Source: Candidatus Hydrogenedentota bacterium
Lineage (GTDB): Bacteria; Hydrogenedentota; Hydrogenedentia; Hydrogenedentales; SLHB01
Direction: 5' to 3'
NCBI GenBank assembly: GCA_963745075.1
Contig: CAVUWV010000024.1
Span: 384,001-448,000, forward strand
DNA: 64,000 nucleotides
Shown: positions 20,511-29,324 of the stretch, one piece after another
Layout of the letters: every line of letters starts with the position of its first letter
Position numbering within the stretch: position 1 is the first letter of the stretch
Made by a program: the position numbers and the translations under genes
The notes under the pieces: generated by a model
Databases searched by the model: none
Seen by the model: the letters and a program-made list of their open reading frames with translations, nothing else
What the model was told of the DNA's origin: nothing

Positions 20511-21613
20511 TGCTCCGTTCTTTCCACAAACTGACCCCCTCGGAACGCCGCTTGGCTGGACTGGCCGTGGCGTGTCTCATCGCCGCCATCGCGTTGGCGG
20601 GGTATCGCGTGGCGTCCGATCGGCTGGCGCTCATGGATGCCACCATCGGAAGCATGCAGCAGGAGTTGCTGGCATACGAAGGGCTCATCGCCCAAGCGGA
20701 ACCGGTGAACCAAGCCTTCAATGCGATGGCGTCCCAACACTCCAGTGAATGGACCCAAGAAGAGATTCACGACCGCTTGCGACGCGAGATTACGCGGCTA
20801 TCCTTGCGCCAGATCCCGCCGCCGGGAAGTCCCATCCCGGCCGCCACGAACGCCGGCGATCAGCTCGTCAGCATTCCCCAAATGCCCATGGGCAGTTTGG
20901 TCGATCATGAGGCCGGATATCGCAGTTACCAGATCAACTTCAAAACCGACCCGGCGTCCATCCAAAACATCGCCTTGTTCGTCGAGCGATTGCAGCGCAG
21001 CGACCAGGCGCTTCGGATCGACAGTCTGGATATCGTCCGCCAGCCGCTGGCCAACGTTGCCACGGCGAACATGCGCGTCACGCGAACCGTGATCGACAAC
21101 GTCGCCCGCGCCGAATCGGCCGGCGCAGACGGTGCCTCGTCACAAGCGCCGGCAGCAGCCGCGGCGGTACTCAAGAACCCGGGGTTTGAAGAGTGGGATG
21201 CCACCACCAACGCGTTTCCTTCATGGACCGCCGTACAGTGTCAAGTGACGCAGCACGGCGCACAGGCCACCGAAGGCGTCGTGTGCGCGCGCATACAGGG
21301 TACCGACGCCGGGGGCAGCTTCTATCAGCCCGTGGAAGTAACCGCCGGCGCGACCTACGATCTGCAGTTCGATGCCTTCGCGTGGGGCGACGCGCGTGTC
21401 GAAATTGTTGATGACGCCTCCGGACAGCCCTTTAATGGGGCCCCGCCGCTCAAAGCCGACGGCTCCCCAAACCGGTACCACCTTCGCTTCACGGTTCCCG
21501 GTGAACCGGGACAAGCTGTCACCCTTCGCGTGCCTGATATCGTTCTCAAAGGAGCGGACGCAATCGTTTTGCTGGACAACGTTTCTCTCACGGAGGCCCC
21601 GGGCGGTTCATGA
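20507..21613 (+). CDS. GspM/PilO-like protein fused to a C-terminal CBM4/9-like domain
   Basis: LTPSERR plus TM helix (GspM-like start), ferredoxin-like core; C-terminal LKNPGFEEW...FYQPVEVTAGATYDLQF...LLDNVSL. Confidence 0.7.
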   Translation: MMLRSFHKLTPSERRLAGLAVACLIAAIALAGYRVASDRLALMDATIGSMQQELLAYEGLIAQAEPVNQAFNAMASQHSSEWTQEEIHDRLRREITRLSLRQIPPPGSPIPAATNAGDQLVSIPQMPMGSLVDHEAGYRSYQINFKTDPASIQNIALFVERLQRSDQALRIDSLDIVRQPLANVATANMRVTRTVIDNVARAESAGADGASSQAPAAAAAVLKNPGFEEWDATTNAFPSWTAVQCQVTQHGAQATEGVVCARIQGTDAGGSFYQPVEVTAGATYDLQFDAFAWGDARVEIVDDASGQPFNGAPPLKADGSPNRYHLRFTVPGEPGQAVTLRVPDIVLKGADAIVLLDNVSLTEAPGGS

Positions 21614-22086
21614 CGCGGTATGCCAACATACTCGGCGGAGGAGTGCTCGCCGCCATCGCCGTGCTTTTTGTCCTCGACTTGGTGAAGAGCCCCGTGAAGA
21701 CCGACCGCGAGGCCTTCGATTATCAGGTTGCGTACATCGAGGTCCCCGAACTCGATTTTGGCGACACCAAGAACCCGGAGTTCGAGGAGTGGCAGCGAAT
21801 CATCAACTCGCAGCCCAAGCTGTGGGAACCCCTGTTCCGCCCGCAGCCGCGAACGGGTCCGCCTCCCAACCTCGCGCAGCAGTTGGCCGGCGTGTTTCCC
21901 ACGCGTAATGAAATCGGGGTCGGGCCGGACCGCAAGGTCCAGATTCAAGTGGACGGCCAACCCAACTGGTATACGGTCGGACAGCAAATTAAAGGGTGCG
22001 CGATCAAAGAGATTACGAACTCGACCGTGGTCTTTTCGGTAACCCATGGCGGACAGGAATACGGAATCGCGCTTCCGCGACGTTAA
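21610..22086 (+). CDS. GspC/PilP-like small membrane-anchored protein
   Basis: N-terminal TM; C-terminal YTVGQQIKG.AIKEIT...V beta motif of HR/PilP domains; immediately upstream of the secretin. Confidence 0.6.
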   Translation: MTRYANILGGGVLAAIAVLFVLDLVKSPVKTDREAFDYQVAYIEVPELDFGDTKNPEFEEWQRIINSQPKLWEPLFRPQPRTGPPPNLAQQLAGVFPTRNEIGVGPDRKVQIQVDGQPNWYTVGQQIKGCAIKEITNSTVVFSVTHGGQEYGIALPRR

Positions 22087-22272
22087 GTTATCTTTTTTGA
22101 ACGACTTGAGTTTGGGTAGGCGGGTTTTGTGTGGCTTCGGATTTCAATGTTGACACAAGCTATTATTTTCTTGAAAAATGCGGTATACTGCTTCGGTAGA
22201 TGTTCCGGCTTCAGAAGTCGTGTAGCCCCAACGGCTCCGGGGTTGCCGCGGAAGGATTGGCGCAGCGGAAGC

Positions 22273-25200
22273 ATGATTCGATACTCGGCATACAGGGCGG
22301 CTTTGCTGATTGCGGGATTGGTCGTCGCAACCACAGCAACGGCACAGCAGACGCCTACCAACCCGAATCCCGCACCCAGCGTCTCCAGCGGCGTGCAAGG
22401 CATGATCATGCAACAGGCGCCTCCCTCCATAGGCGGAACGGAATCCGGCGGATTCGTTACGGGGGGAAACCCGCCGACGCCGTCGGCGCCGCAAGGCGTT
22501 CAGGGCAACGCCGTGCAGACCATTCGCTCTGCCACGCGCCGCCAAGTGAGCGTTGCCGGTCAGCAAGCCTTCGAGCCCATCCTTCAGCACGCAGTGACGA
22601 CATCTGATCTGCCCGATGTGGGCGATCCGATTACCATCGTCGCTTCACAAGCGCCGAAACCGATCATCGAAGTGCTCGATCAGGTCGCGACCGCTTCGGG
22701 TTGGAATGTCATCGCGTCCGAAGGGGTCGAAGAAGAAAAGATCCGTTTCTGGGTGTCTCAGGTCAAGCCCAAGCAGGTCATGGAGGCGCTGCGGTTCAAA
22801 GGAATCTATTACGATTACGATGCCGCGACCAATTTCCTCTATGTCATGCTCGACGGCGAGTTTCTCGAACGCGAATACGGCGCACAGGAACATGCCGAGT
22901 TTCAGATCCAGAACGCCGATGTCGTCGATATGGAATCCATTCTTACGGCCCTCATGTCGGAAACCGGCAAGCTCATCAGCGACCCCCGCACCGGAAAGAT
23001 ATTCGTTTGGGATACCCACGCCAACATCGAGGCCATGGAAAACGCCGTCTCTGAATTGGATGTGCCCCTGGAACCGAAGGTCTTCGCCCTCAAACATCTC
23101 TCTGCCGAAGATCTGCTCGACACCATCGAAAGTCTGTTGTCCGAGCGCGGCCTTGCCCAGGCCGACCCCCGCACCAATTCGATCGTCGTAACCGATCTCC
23201 CCGCGCGGCAACAACAAATCGGCCTCATGCTGGACGCACTGGATCAAAAACTCGAAACGCGGACCTGGACGCTGAATTACGCAGACCCCGAAACGATTTC
23301 CGAACGGCTCGAGAATATCCTGCCCGAAGAACTGGGTACGATCACCACGGACGAAGACACGTACCAGGTCAGTGTCACCGCCATCCCCAGCCGGATCGAA
23401 GAAATCGACGAAATTATCAAATCCTGGGACATCAAGGGCCGCCAGGTCCAAATCGAAGCCTATCTTGTGACGGCCAGCACGACCGTGATGCGCGACTTGT
23501 CCATCAATTGGGCGTACTTCGACGAGATCGGCGGTGTCCCCTTCGCCCTGCAGAGCGGGAATTCGCAGCCCGATTATACCGGCGGTCCCGAATCGGGCCA
23601 GCGCGGCAGCGTGGGACGGCGTCCCTACCGCGCGTACTTGCGGGATCCCATCACCGGCTCGCTCATCGAGCAACTCAGCAACCAGGGCGGTGGCGAAGCC
23701 GGTACCGCCACCGGCAACTACATTCTCGATCCCGAATTCAAAGGTAACCGTGTCGCCGCGGTACTCGATTATCTCGACAGCACCGGCGAAGTGAACATTC
23801 TCTCCCGACCCCGCGTGACCGTCCAGGATGGGCAGGAAGCTACATTCGAAAATACGACCGACCGTCCCTTCCAGAGCATCGGTTATTCCAACTACGGCGG
23901 CGTCGTACTCAATAACAACGATACGCAGCAATCGGTTTCGAGTCGCGTGATCCCCGGATCGGTGCAGTTTATTACCGTGGGAACCGTGCTTAAGGTCCAG
24001 CCCCGAATCAGCGACGACAACAACATCCTCATGGATATCGAAGCCGAAGACAGCACGGCGGAAGACAAGACGATCCTCTCCGCCGACCTGGCCAGCACCA
24101 TTCCCCAGAAAACCCAGAACAAGGCGGAGACTCAGGTGTTGGTCAACGATGGCCAGACGATCGTCATCGGCGGCCTTCGGTCGTTGAGCCTTCAAGACGA
24201 TCTCGAAAAATTCCCGATCCTCGGCGATCTGCCGTTTATCGGGCGCTTGTTCCGCACCACGTCGAAGCAACACAAGGACCGCGAACTGGCCGTATTCATC
24301 ACACCGACCATTGTGGACGAAACGACACAACCCGAAGCGGAGCGCCTGGCAAAGTTCGAAGAGGACGCCACCGACACGATGCGCCACTCCGCGAAGGGCG
24401 TCTGGGGCCGTACGGCGGACCGGTTGACCCAAGGCAAGAACGAGCGCAGCATCGCCGTCGGACAAACCGGGGAGATCTATTCGGAAGGCAAACTTGTCTC
24501 CGTTGACGACTTGAACAAAGAGTTTGAATCCGTGCGTGGCGCGGCGGTGAAGCCCACCATCATTCTACGCGTGCATCCGTCCGCCCCGCCTTCGGTGGCC
24601 GCCAGCATTCGTGCCGCAGCAGAAGCGGCCGGATTGAACGTCAGCGAGGAGAGCTCGCGCTCGCCCTTTGTCCCCAGCTTCCAGAAGGACATTCCGCCTC
24701 TCGTGCCGACAGAAAAGGAAGCGGCCGCGGTCACACCCGCGGAGAAACAAAAGGACGAGGACAAGCCAATAGCAGGGGAGAAGACGCCCGCGGAGCCGCC
24801 GCTGACCGAAGCGGAAAAGTCCCCCCCAGCCAAGTCCAAGACTTCCTCTGTGAGAACGCCGCCACAGGCGAAGGTAGAGCTCAGAACGGTGAAACCGTCT
24901 CCTCCACCGGAAGAAACGACCCCAGCGAAGCCCAAAAACGAACCACCGGAACCGCCCGAGCAGAAACCGGTCGCAATACCGAACGTTCCCCCGGCTCCGG
25001 AGCCTGTCATGCCACCGCAACCGCAGGCTGGATCCGTTCCGCCCGGCGCGGCTCCGCCGCAATCCTTCCAGCAACCCTTTACGCCGCCCGCGCAATCTCC
25101 GGCCGCTGCACCCACCGACATCCCGCCGATAACGGATCAATCTGCCTACACAGTCCAGGTTTCCTCATTTGGCGGTTCCAACACGAAAGTCGCGAGCGCC

Positions 25201-25383
25201 TACAAGGCTGAAATCGAAAAGAAAACCGGCTACCCGTTGTCGCTCGTCCCGTCCGACGATGGGAAGCTCATCCGAGCCTACGTCGGTGGCTTTCCCGACC
25301 GGAAGTCCGCGAACCTCGCCCGTGAGTCCCTGAGCCAACTCCCCTATTTCACCGACTGCTTCGTCAAACAACTCGACCGATGA
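22273..25383 (+). CDS. gspD: Secretin GspD/PilQ with C-terminal ExbD-like, Pro-rich and SPOR domains
   Basis: Signal peptide, repeated N-domains (DPRTNSIVVTD), QVQIEAY, GQTIVIGGL, PILGDLPFIGRLF, ELAVFITP. Confidence 0.92.
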   Translation: MIRYSAYRAALLIAGLVVATTATAQQTPTNPNPAPSVSSGVQGMIMQQAPPSIGGTESGGFVTGGNPPTPSAPQGVQGNAVQTIRSATRRQVSVAGQQAFEPILQHAVTTSDLPDVGDPITIVASQAPKPIIEVLDQVATASGWNVIASEGVEEEKIRFWVSQVKPKQVMEALRFKGIYYDYDAATNFLYVMLDGEFLEREYGAQEHAEFQIQNADVVDMESILTALMSETGKLISDPRTGKIFVWDTHANIEAMENAVSELDVPLEPKVFALKHLSAEDLLDTIESLLSERGLAQADPRTNSIVVTDLPARQQQIGLMLDALDQKLETRTWTLNYADPETISERLENILPEELGTITTDEDTYQVSVTAIPSRIEEIDEIIKSWDIKGRQVQIEAYLVTASTTVMRDLSINWAYFDEIGGVPFALQSGNSQPDYTGGPESGQRGSVGRRPYRAYLRDPITGSLIEQLSNQGGGEAGTATGNYILDPEFKGNRVAAVLDYLDSTGEVNILSRPRVTVQDGQEATFENTTDRPFQSIGYSNYGGVVLNNNDTQQSVSSRVIPGSVQFITVGTVLKVQPRISDDNNILMDIEAEDSTAEDKTILSADLASTIPQKTQNKAETQVLVNDGQTIVIGGLRSLSLQDDLEKFPILGDLPFIGRLFRTTSKQHKDRELAVFITPTIVDETTQPEAERLAKFEEDATDTMRHSAKGVWGRTADRLTQGKNERSIAVGQTGEIYSEGKLVSVDDLNKEFESVRGAAVKPTIILRVHPSAPPSVAASIRAAAEAAGLNVSEESSRSPFVPSFQKDIPPLVPTEKEAAAVTPAEKQKDEDKPIAGEKTPAEPPLTEAEKSPPAKSKTSSVRTPPQAKVELRTVKPSPPPEETTPAKPKNEPPEPPEQKPVAIPNVPPAPEPVMPPQPQAGSVPPGAAPPQSFQQPFTPPAQSPAAAPTDIPPITDQSAYTVQVSSFGGSNTKVASAYKAEIEKKTGYPLSLVPSDDGKLIRAYVGGFPDRKSANLARESLSQLPYFTDCFVKQLDR

Positions 25384-25838
25384 CCGTCGATCGCATCGTC
25401 TCCGGCGGTCAGACCGGCGTTGATCGCGCCGCATTGGATTTCGCGATGCAGCGCGGCATTCCCTGCGGCGGCTGGTGTCCGCGCCGCCGCCTTGCCGAAG
25501 ATGGTCCAATCGACGCCCGCTACCCGCTTCAAGAAACCTCTTCGGACGACTACGCCCAGCGAACCGAGTGGAACGTCCGCGATTCTGACGGGACCCTCAT
25601 CCTCTCGTGGGGACCTCCCTCCGATGGCACCGCCTTCACCATCCAATGTGCCGAGGACTTGGGTAAACCCTGTTTCGTGGTTGACGTCAGTGTTTCGATT
25701 AGTGTTTCAGACGCTATATCATGGATTTCCTCGCGGAATATACGGGTCTTGAATGTCGCCGGTACTCGCGCCAGCAAGGCGCCGGATGCCTACCAAGCCG
25801 CCCGCGCTTTTCTCGACGCCTTGCTCGCAAAAGCCTGA
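25380..25838 (+). CDS. SLOG-family protein (putative molybdenum carrier / circularly permuted YpsA)
   Basis: IVSGGQTGVDRAALD, GGWCP, RTEWNVRDSDGTL, LNVAG.R.S motifs. Confidence 0.88.
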   Translation: MTVDRIVSGGQTGVDRAALDFAMQRGIPCGGWCPRRRLAEDGPIDARYPLQETSSDDYAQRTEWNVRDSDGTLILSWGPPSDGTAFTIQCAEDLGKPCFVVDVSVSISVSDAISWISSRNIRVLNVAGTRASKAPDAYQAARAFLDALLAKA

Positions 25839-25842
25839 AGCT

Positions 25843-26238
25843 TTACCTCTCCCGAGGAGCCGCGAGACCCTTGGCGGCCAGTGCCGCCATTCCCCAGCCC
25901 CCGATGAACGCCACACCGCCGATGGGCGTGACGGCGCCCAACCACTTGATTCCAGTCAGCGCGAGCAAATAGAGGCTCCCGGAGAATATGGCTGTACCGA
26001 AGATCCACCAGATGCAGGCCCGGCGCGCCCACGCGGACTGCCACAAAGCGGGCGCCGCCACGGCCACGGCCAGTATGGCCAAGGCGTGATACATCTGGTA
26101 TCGCACGCCCACTTCAAACACCGCCAGCATGTCCGCAGACACCCGCGACTTCAATCCGTGAGCGCCAAACGCGCCCAAGATGACGCCCAAACCTCCCAGA
26201 ATTGCGCCGATGCGTGCAAAGACGGCTTGCTGCTGCAT
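25843..26238 (-). CDS. DUF423 family membrane protein
   Basis: GAFGAHGL, YQMYHAL, FSGSLY, GAVTPIGG motifs. Confidence 0.92.
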   Translation of the reverse strand: MQQQAVFARIGAILGGLGVILGAFGAHGLKSRVSADMLAVFEVGVRYQMYHALAILAVAVAAPALWQSAWARRACIWWIFGTAIFSGSLYLLALTGIKWLGAVTPIGGVAFIGGWGMAALAAKGLAAPRER

Positions 26239-26531
26239 GAACGATTCCTTTCCACAAGCGCCACGGAACGGCGCGGTGCGTTCACAATACCCTCGTCTTC
26301 GGACAAACAACAATTTGGGATGGCGGCTTCCCATTCGCTACACTTCGCTCTGGAGAGCTTGGCTGGATGGCGGCATTTTAATTTTCAGTGCCGCTTGATC
26401 GCACTTCGTACTCGCGCTCGTACTCGATAATCCGAGAATGAGTACGTGAGGTCAGCGATGGCTACGAGAAAACTTCAATTGCTCTAGCGTTATACGTGCA
26501 CACGGGAGTTGAAACGAGGGAGGGTACGTCC

Positions 26532-27383
26532 TTGTCCGGGGGGATACGTTTCACCACGCATTCCATGGTTATGCTTTGCGTCGTTGTTACAGCGGGAATC
26601 TTCGTACCTGCTTCCGCCGCCGAGGAACCACCGGCGCCGGAATCGCAGAATTCGCCCTGGTTTCTTCTCGTTGGCTTCTCCAATGCCCACCCCAGGATTG
26701 AAAGCGAACAACTTATCGATCGGTACTTCAACAGCACCATGAGTTTTCTTGCGCCCAGTTACGATGACGTGCTGACCGTGGGTGATCTGCGCGACCGGGG
26801 AATCCTCTGGGTTCCCTACATCGGAATCGGCCGCGTCATGTCGAAGCGCTGGGCCATCTTCGCGCAAGCCGGCTACGCCGCCGGAAAGGTGCGTACGAAG
26901 GCGGATGACCCCAGCATCCTGGTCCTCCCGTTGCACACGGATTTCGAAATCCAACGCGGGGCTACGTACGGCGGTGTCGGCGCTGACTTCTTCCCCTTCG
27001 GTATGCCCGAACTCAAGGAGTATCACGGATTCAGGGAACGGCTCCGTGGCGCTAAGCTCAACCTCGGCTCTCGCCTTACCTGGACCCATGCCACTTACGA
27101 AGCCAAGGTCAAAGTCGGATTCAAACCCTTTGACAACCTGGTGGATTACAAGGAAAGCGATAACTGGCTGCTGCCCAGTGTCAGCCCAAACATCGGCGTC
27201 GACGTGCCCCTCGGCCGGCGCAGCCAAATTTCGTTCAATGCCAGTTACAATCGATTCTTTGACGAACGCGACGACTTCGAAGGACCTTCCTACACCATCA
27301 TCTGGAAACGTCAGTTCGGCAAAGGTACGGCACACAAAAAGAATTCGGCGCACGAACCCAACCGGGACGCGCGCCGAAAATAA
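26532..27383 (+). CDS. Exported protein, probable outer-membrane beta-barrel
   Basis: GAGGGAG RBS with TTG start, signal peptide ending ASA, alternating hydrophobic beta-strands, late YTIIWKRQF motif. Confidence 0.55.
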   Translation: MSGGIRFTTHSMVMLCVVVTAGIFVPASAAEEPPAPESQNSPWFLLVGFSNAHPRIESEQLIDRYFNSTMSFLAPSYDDVLTVGDLRDRGILWVPYIGIGRVMSKRWAIFAQAGYAAGKVRTKADDPSILVLPLHTDFEIQRGATYGGVGADFFPFGMPELKEYHGFRERLRGAKLNLGSRLTWTHATYEAKVKVGFKPFDNLVDYKESDNWLLPSVSPNIGVDVPLGRRSQISFNASYNRFFDERDDFEGPSYTIIWKRQFGKGTAHKKNSAHEPNRDARRK

Positions 27384-27398
27384 TGTGACAAGATTTCC

Positions 27399-27917
27399 CT
27401 AGTTGCCGGGATACAGCGGAATCGACGACCCGCACTGCTGCACGGGATCGATCTTGTTGAATTCGTCCGCCGGAATCGACGGTCCCTTTCGCGAACACTC
27501 CTTGTCGAAGATCTGCTTCAACGTATTCGCGATGTCTACCGCCGTCATCTGTTCGATGTGTTGACGTTGAAGGACATGCGTCGGCTTGCCGTCTTTGAAC
27601 AACACGACGTTCGGGGACGACGGCGGCACGTTTGCCATCAGCTCCCGCGCCCGTTGCGTGGCCTCCGTGTCAATCCCCGCGAATACGGTGACCAAATGGT
27701 CCGGGATCACGTCGTTCTGGAGGGCCAGCATCACGCCCGGCCGGCACGCACCCGCCGCGCACCCGCAAACCGAATTGATGACCAGCAGCGTGCTGCCCTT
27801 GGCGTCGTTCACGAACACTTCATCGACTTCTTGCGGCGACACCAGGGGACGAAATCCGACTTCGACCAACTCTTCCCACATGGGCTTTACTGCTTCCGGA
27901 TCATAAATCGGGGGCAT
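27399..27917 (-). CDS. BrxA/BrxB family bacilliredoxin
   Basis: VINSVCGCAAG..RP, TVFAG.D.EAT, PPSSP motifs. Confidence 0.92.
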   Translation of the reverse strand: MPPIYDPEAVKPMWEELVEVGFRPLVSPQEVDEVFVNDAKGSTLLVINSVCGCAAGACRPGVMLALQNDVIPDHLVTVFAGIDTEATQRARELMANVPPSSPNVVLFKDGKPTHVLQRQHIEQMTAVDIANTLKQIFDKECSRKGPSIPADEFNKIDPVQQCGSSIPLYPGN

Positions 27918-28057
27918 GCTCGATATCCTCCACCTTTTCCAACTGCCTGCGAACGCGGCACATAACTATCCCCCGCGGTGAGGGAATTGAAAACGCCAGT
28001 AGCGCCAAGTGCCATTCCTCACCGAAACTATCAGTTTAGGGGTTTTATTCCCGAGGC

Positions 28058-29290
28058 TCAGGCCTGCCGCGGCGTTGTCGGGCCGTCGTCCGGCAGCATT
28101 AAGTGGGGGTCCAGACGTTCCTGCCGTTGTACCATTTCGTCCCACCTGATGGGTTTTCCCTCGTAAGCCGCCATACGGCCCAGGATGCTCGTCATGGTGC
28201 TGTACGCACTCTCCTGCGTGTTGTTCAGGAACTCGCCGCTGGCGATGCTCGCGCAGAAATCCTTAATGTTGTTTATCGCGCCATCTTGGTAGATGGTCGG
28301 GGTGGAACCTCCCGGCCAGCCGCCCTTGCGATCCTTGATGAACACGTCGCCGCCGTAGTGTCCCTCGACGGTGCCGTCTTTCCCGAATACCCGCGTGCAT
28401 AAGTCATCAAACCCGATGTTGAATTGCGTGGAGCTGAAGTCCATCAGCACGTCGTTCGGATACCGGTAGGTCACGATGAAGTGGTCCCAGCAATCACCTA
28501 CGTCCGTCCGGGCCTTGCGTCCACCCGTACCTTGCGCTTCTATGGGATGGGCGTCGAGGAACCAGTTCGCCACGTCCAGCACGTGAATGTTTTGCTCGAC
28601 GATGATATCGCCCGAAAGGGCCTTGTCGAACACCCAGTTGCGAAGGCGGGCCACTTCCGTGCCGGGCAGCGTTTTCATGTTCAGCCGGCCCGTGTGATAG
28701 AAAGTCTGACCGCACACCGCTTCGCCAATTTGTCCGTCATGAACGCGCTTCGCTGCCTCCCGGAAGAACTCGTTGTTTCGAGTCTGGAAATCTACCAGCG
28801 CCGTCAACTTGCCTTGGACTTTGTTGGCCGCGTCCACGATGGACTGACACCCCGGAACGTCCACGGCAATGGGTTTCGCCAGGTACAGGTGCTTGCCCGC
28901 TTCCAGTGCCGCGACAGCCTGGATGGGATGAAAGTAGGGGGGGCTGATCACCGCCACCGCATCCACGTCGTCCCGCGCCAGGATTTCCTTATAGCCATCG
29001 AGCCCCGTATACGTGCTCTCCGTGGGCACATCCAGTCGTTTCGCCGCAGCCAGAACCTGGTCCTGGAAGTAATCGTGCAACGCGACCACCTTCGTGTTCG
29101 AGTTCTGCTGGAACAGGTTGCCGATCCAGGGTCCACGGCCACCGCACCCGATGACACCGATTTGCAGTTTTGAATTTGCCTCCGCGCCAAAGGCCGTCCC
29201 CGCCGAAGTCAGAATCAAACCGGCCGTCCCCGCCGACGCCGTCTTCAAAAAGTCCCGCCGGCCTACGCGTGGTTGATTGCTGTTATCCAT
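28058..29290 (-). CDS. Tat-exported Gfo/Idh/MocA family oxidoreductase
   Basis: GRRDFLK twin-Arg signal, IGCGGRG, GKHLYLAKP, IVEQNIH.LD. Confidence 0.9.
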   Translation of the reverse strand: MDNSNQPRVGRRDFLKTASAGTAGLILTSAGTAFGAEANSKLQIGVIGCGGRGPWIGNLFQQNSNTKVVALHDYFQDQVLAAAKRLDVPTESTYTGLDGYKEILARDDVDAVAVISPPYFHPIQAVAALEAGKHLYLAKPIAVDVPGCQSIVDAANKVQGKLTALVDFQTRNNEFFREAAKRVHDGQIGEAVCGQTFYHTGRLNMKTLPGTEVARLRNWVFDKALSGDIIVEQNIHVLDVANWFLDAHPIEAQGTGGRKARTDVGDCWDHFIVTYRYPNDVLMDFSSTQFNIGFDDLCTRVFGKDGTVEGHYGGDVFIKDRKGGWPGGSTPTIYQDGAINNIKDFCASIASGEFLNNTQESAYSTMTSILGRMAAYEGKPIRWDEMVQRQERLDPHLMLPDDGPTTPRQA

Positions 29291-29324
29291 GCTCTTCTCT
29301 CCTTGGTTCCATTGCCATACGTAC

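Noticed and set aside
22150..22189. TTGACA and TATACT upstream of the secretin gene as one promoter
   Set aside because: The two hexamers are 28 bp apart; an internal promoter may exist in this AT-rich gap but cannot be defined.
22645..24465. Long antisense/shadow ORFs (e.g. 606 aa opposite gspD; also 5196..6338, 47510..48616, 53360..54418)
   Set aside because: They mirror well-supported genes in GC-rich DNA, where stop codons are scarce, and show no motifs or RBS.
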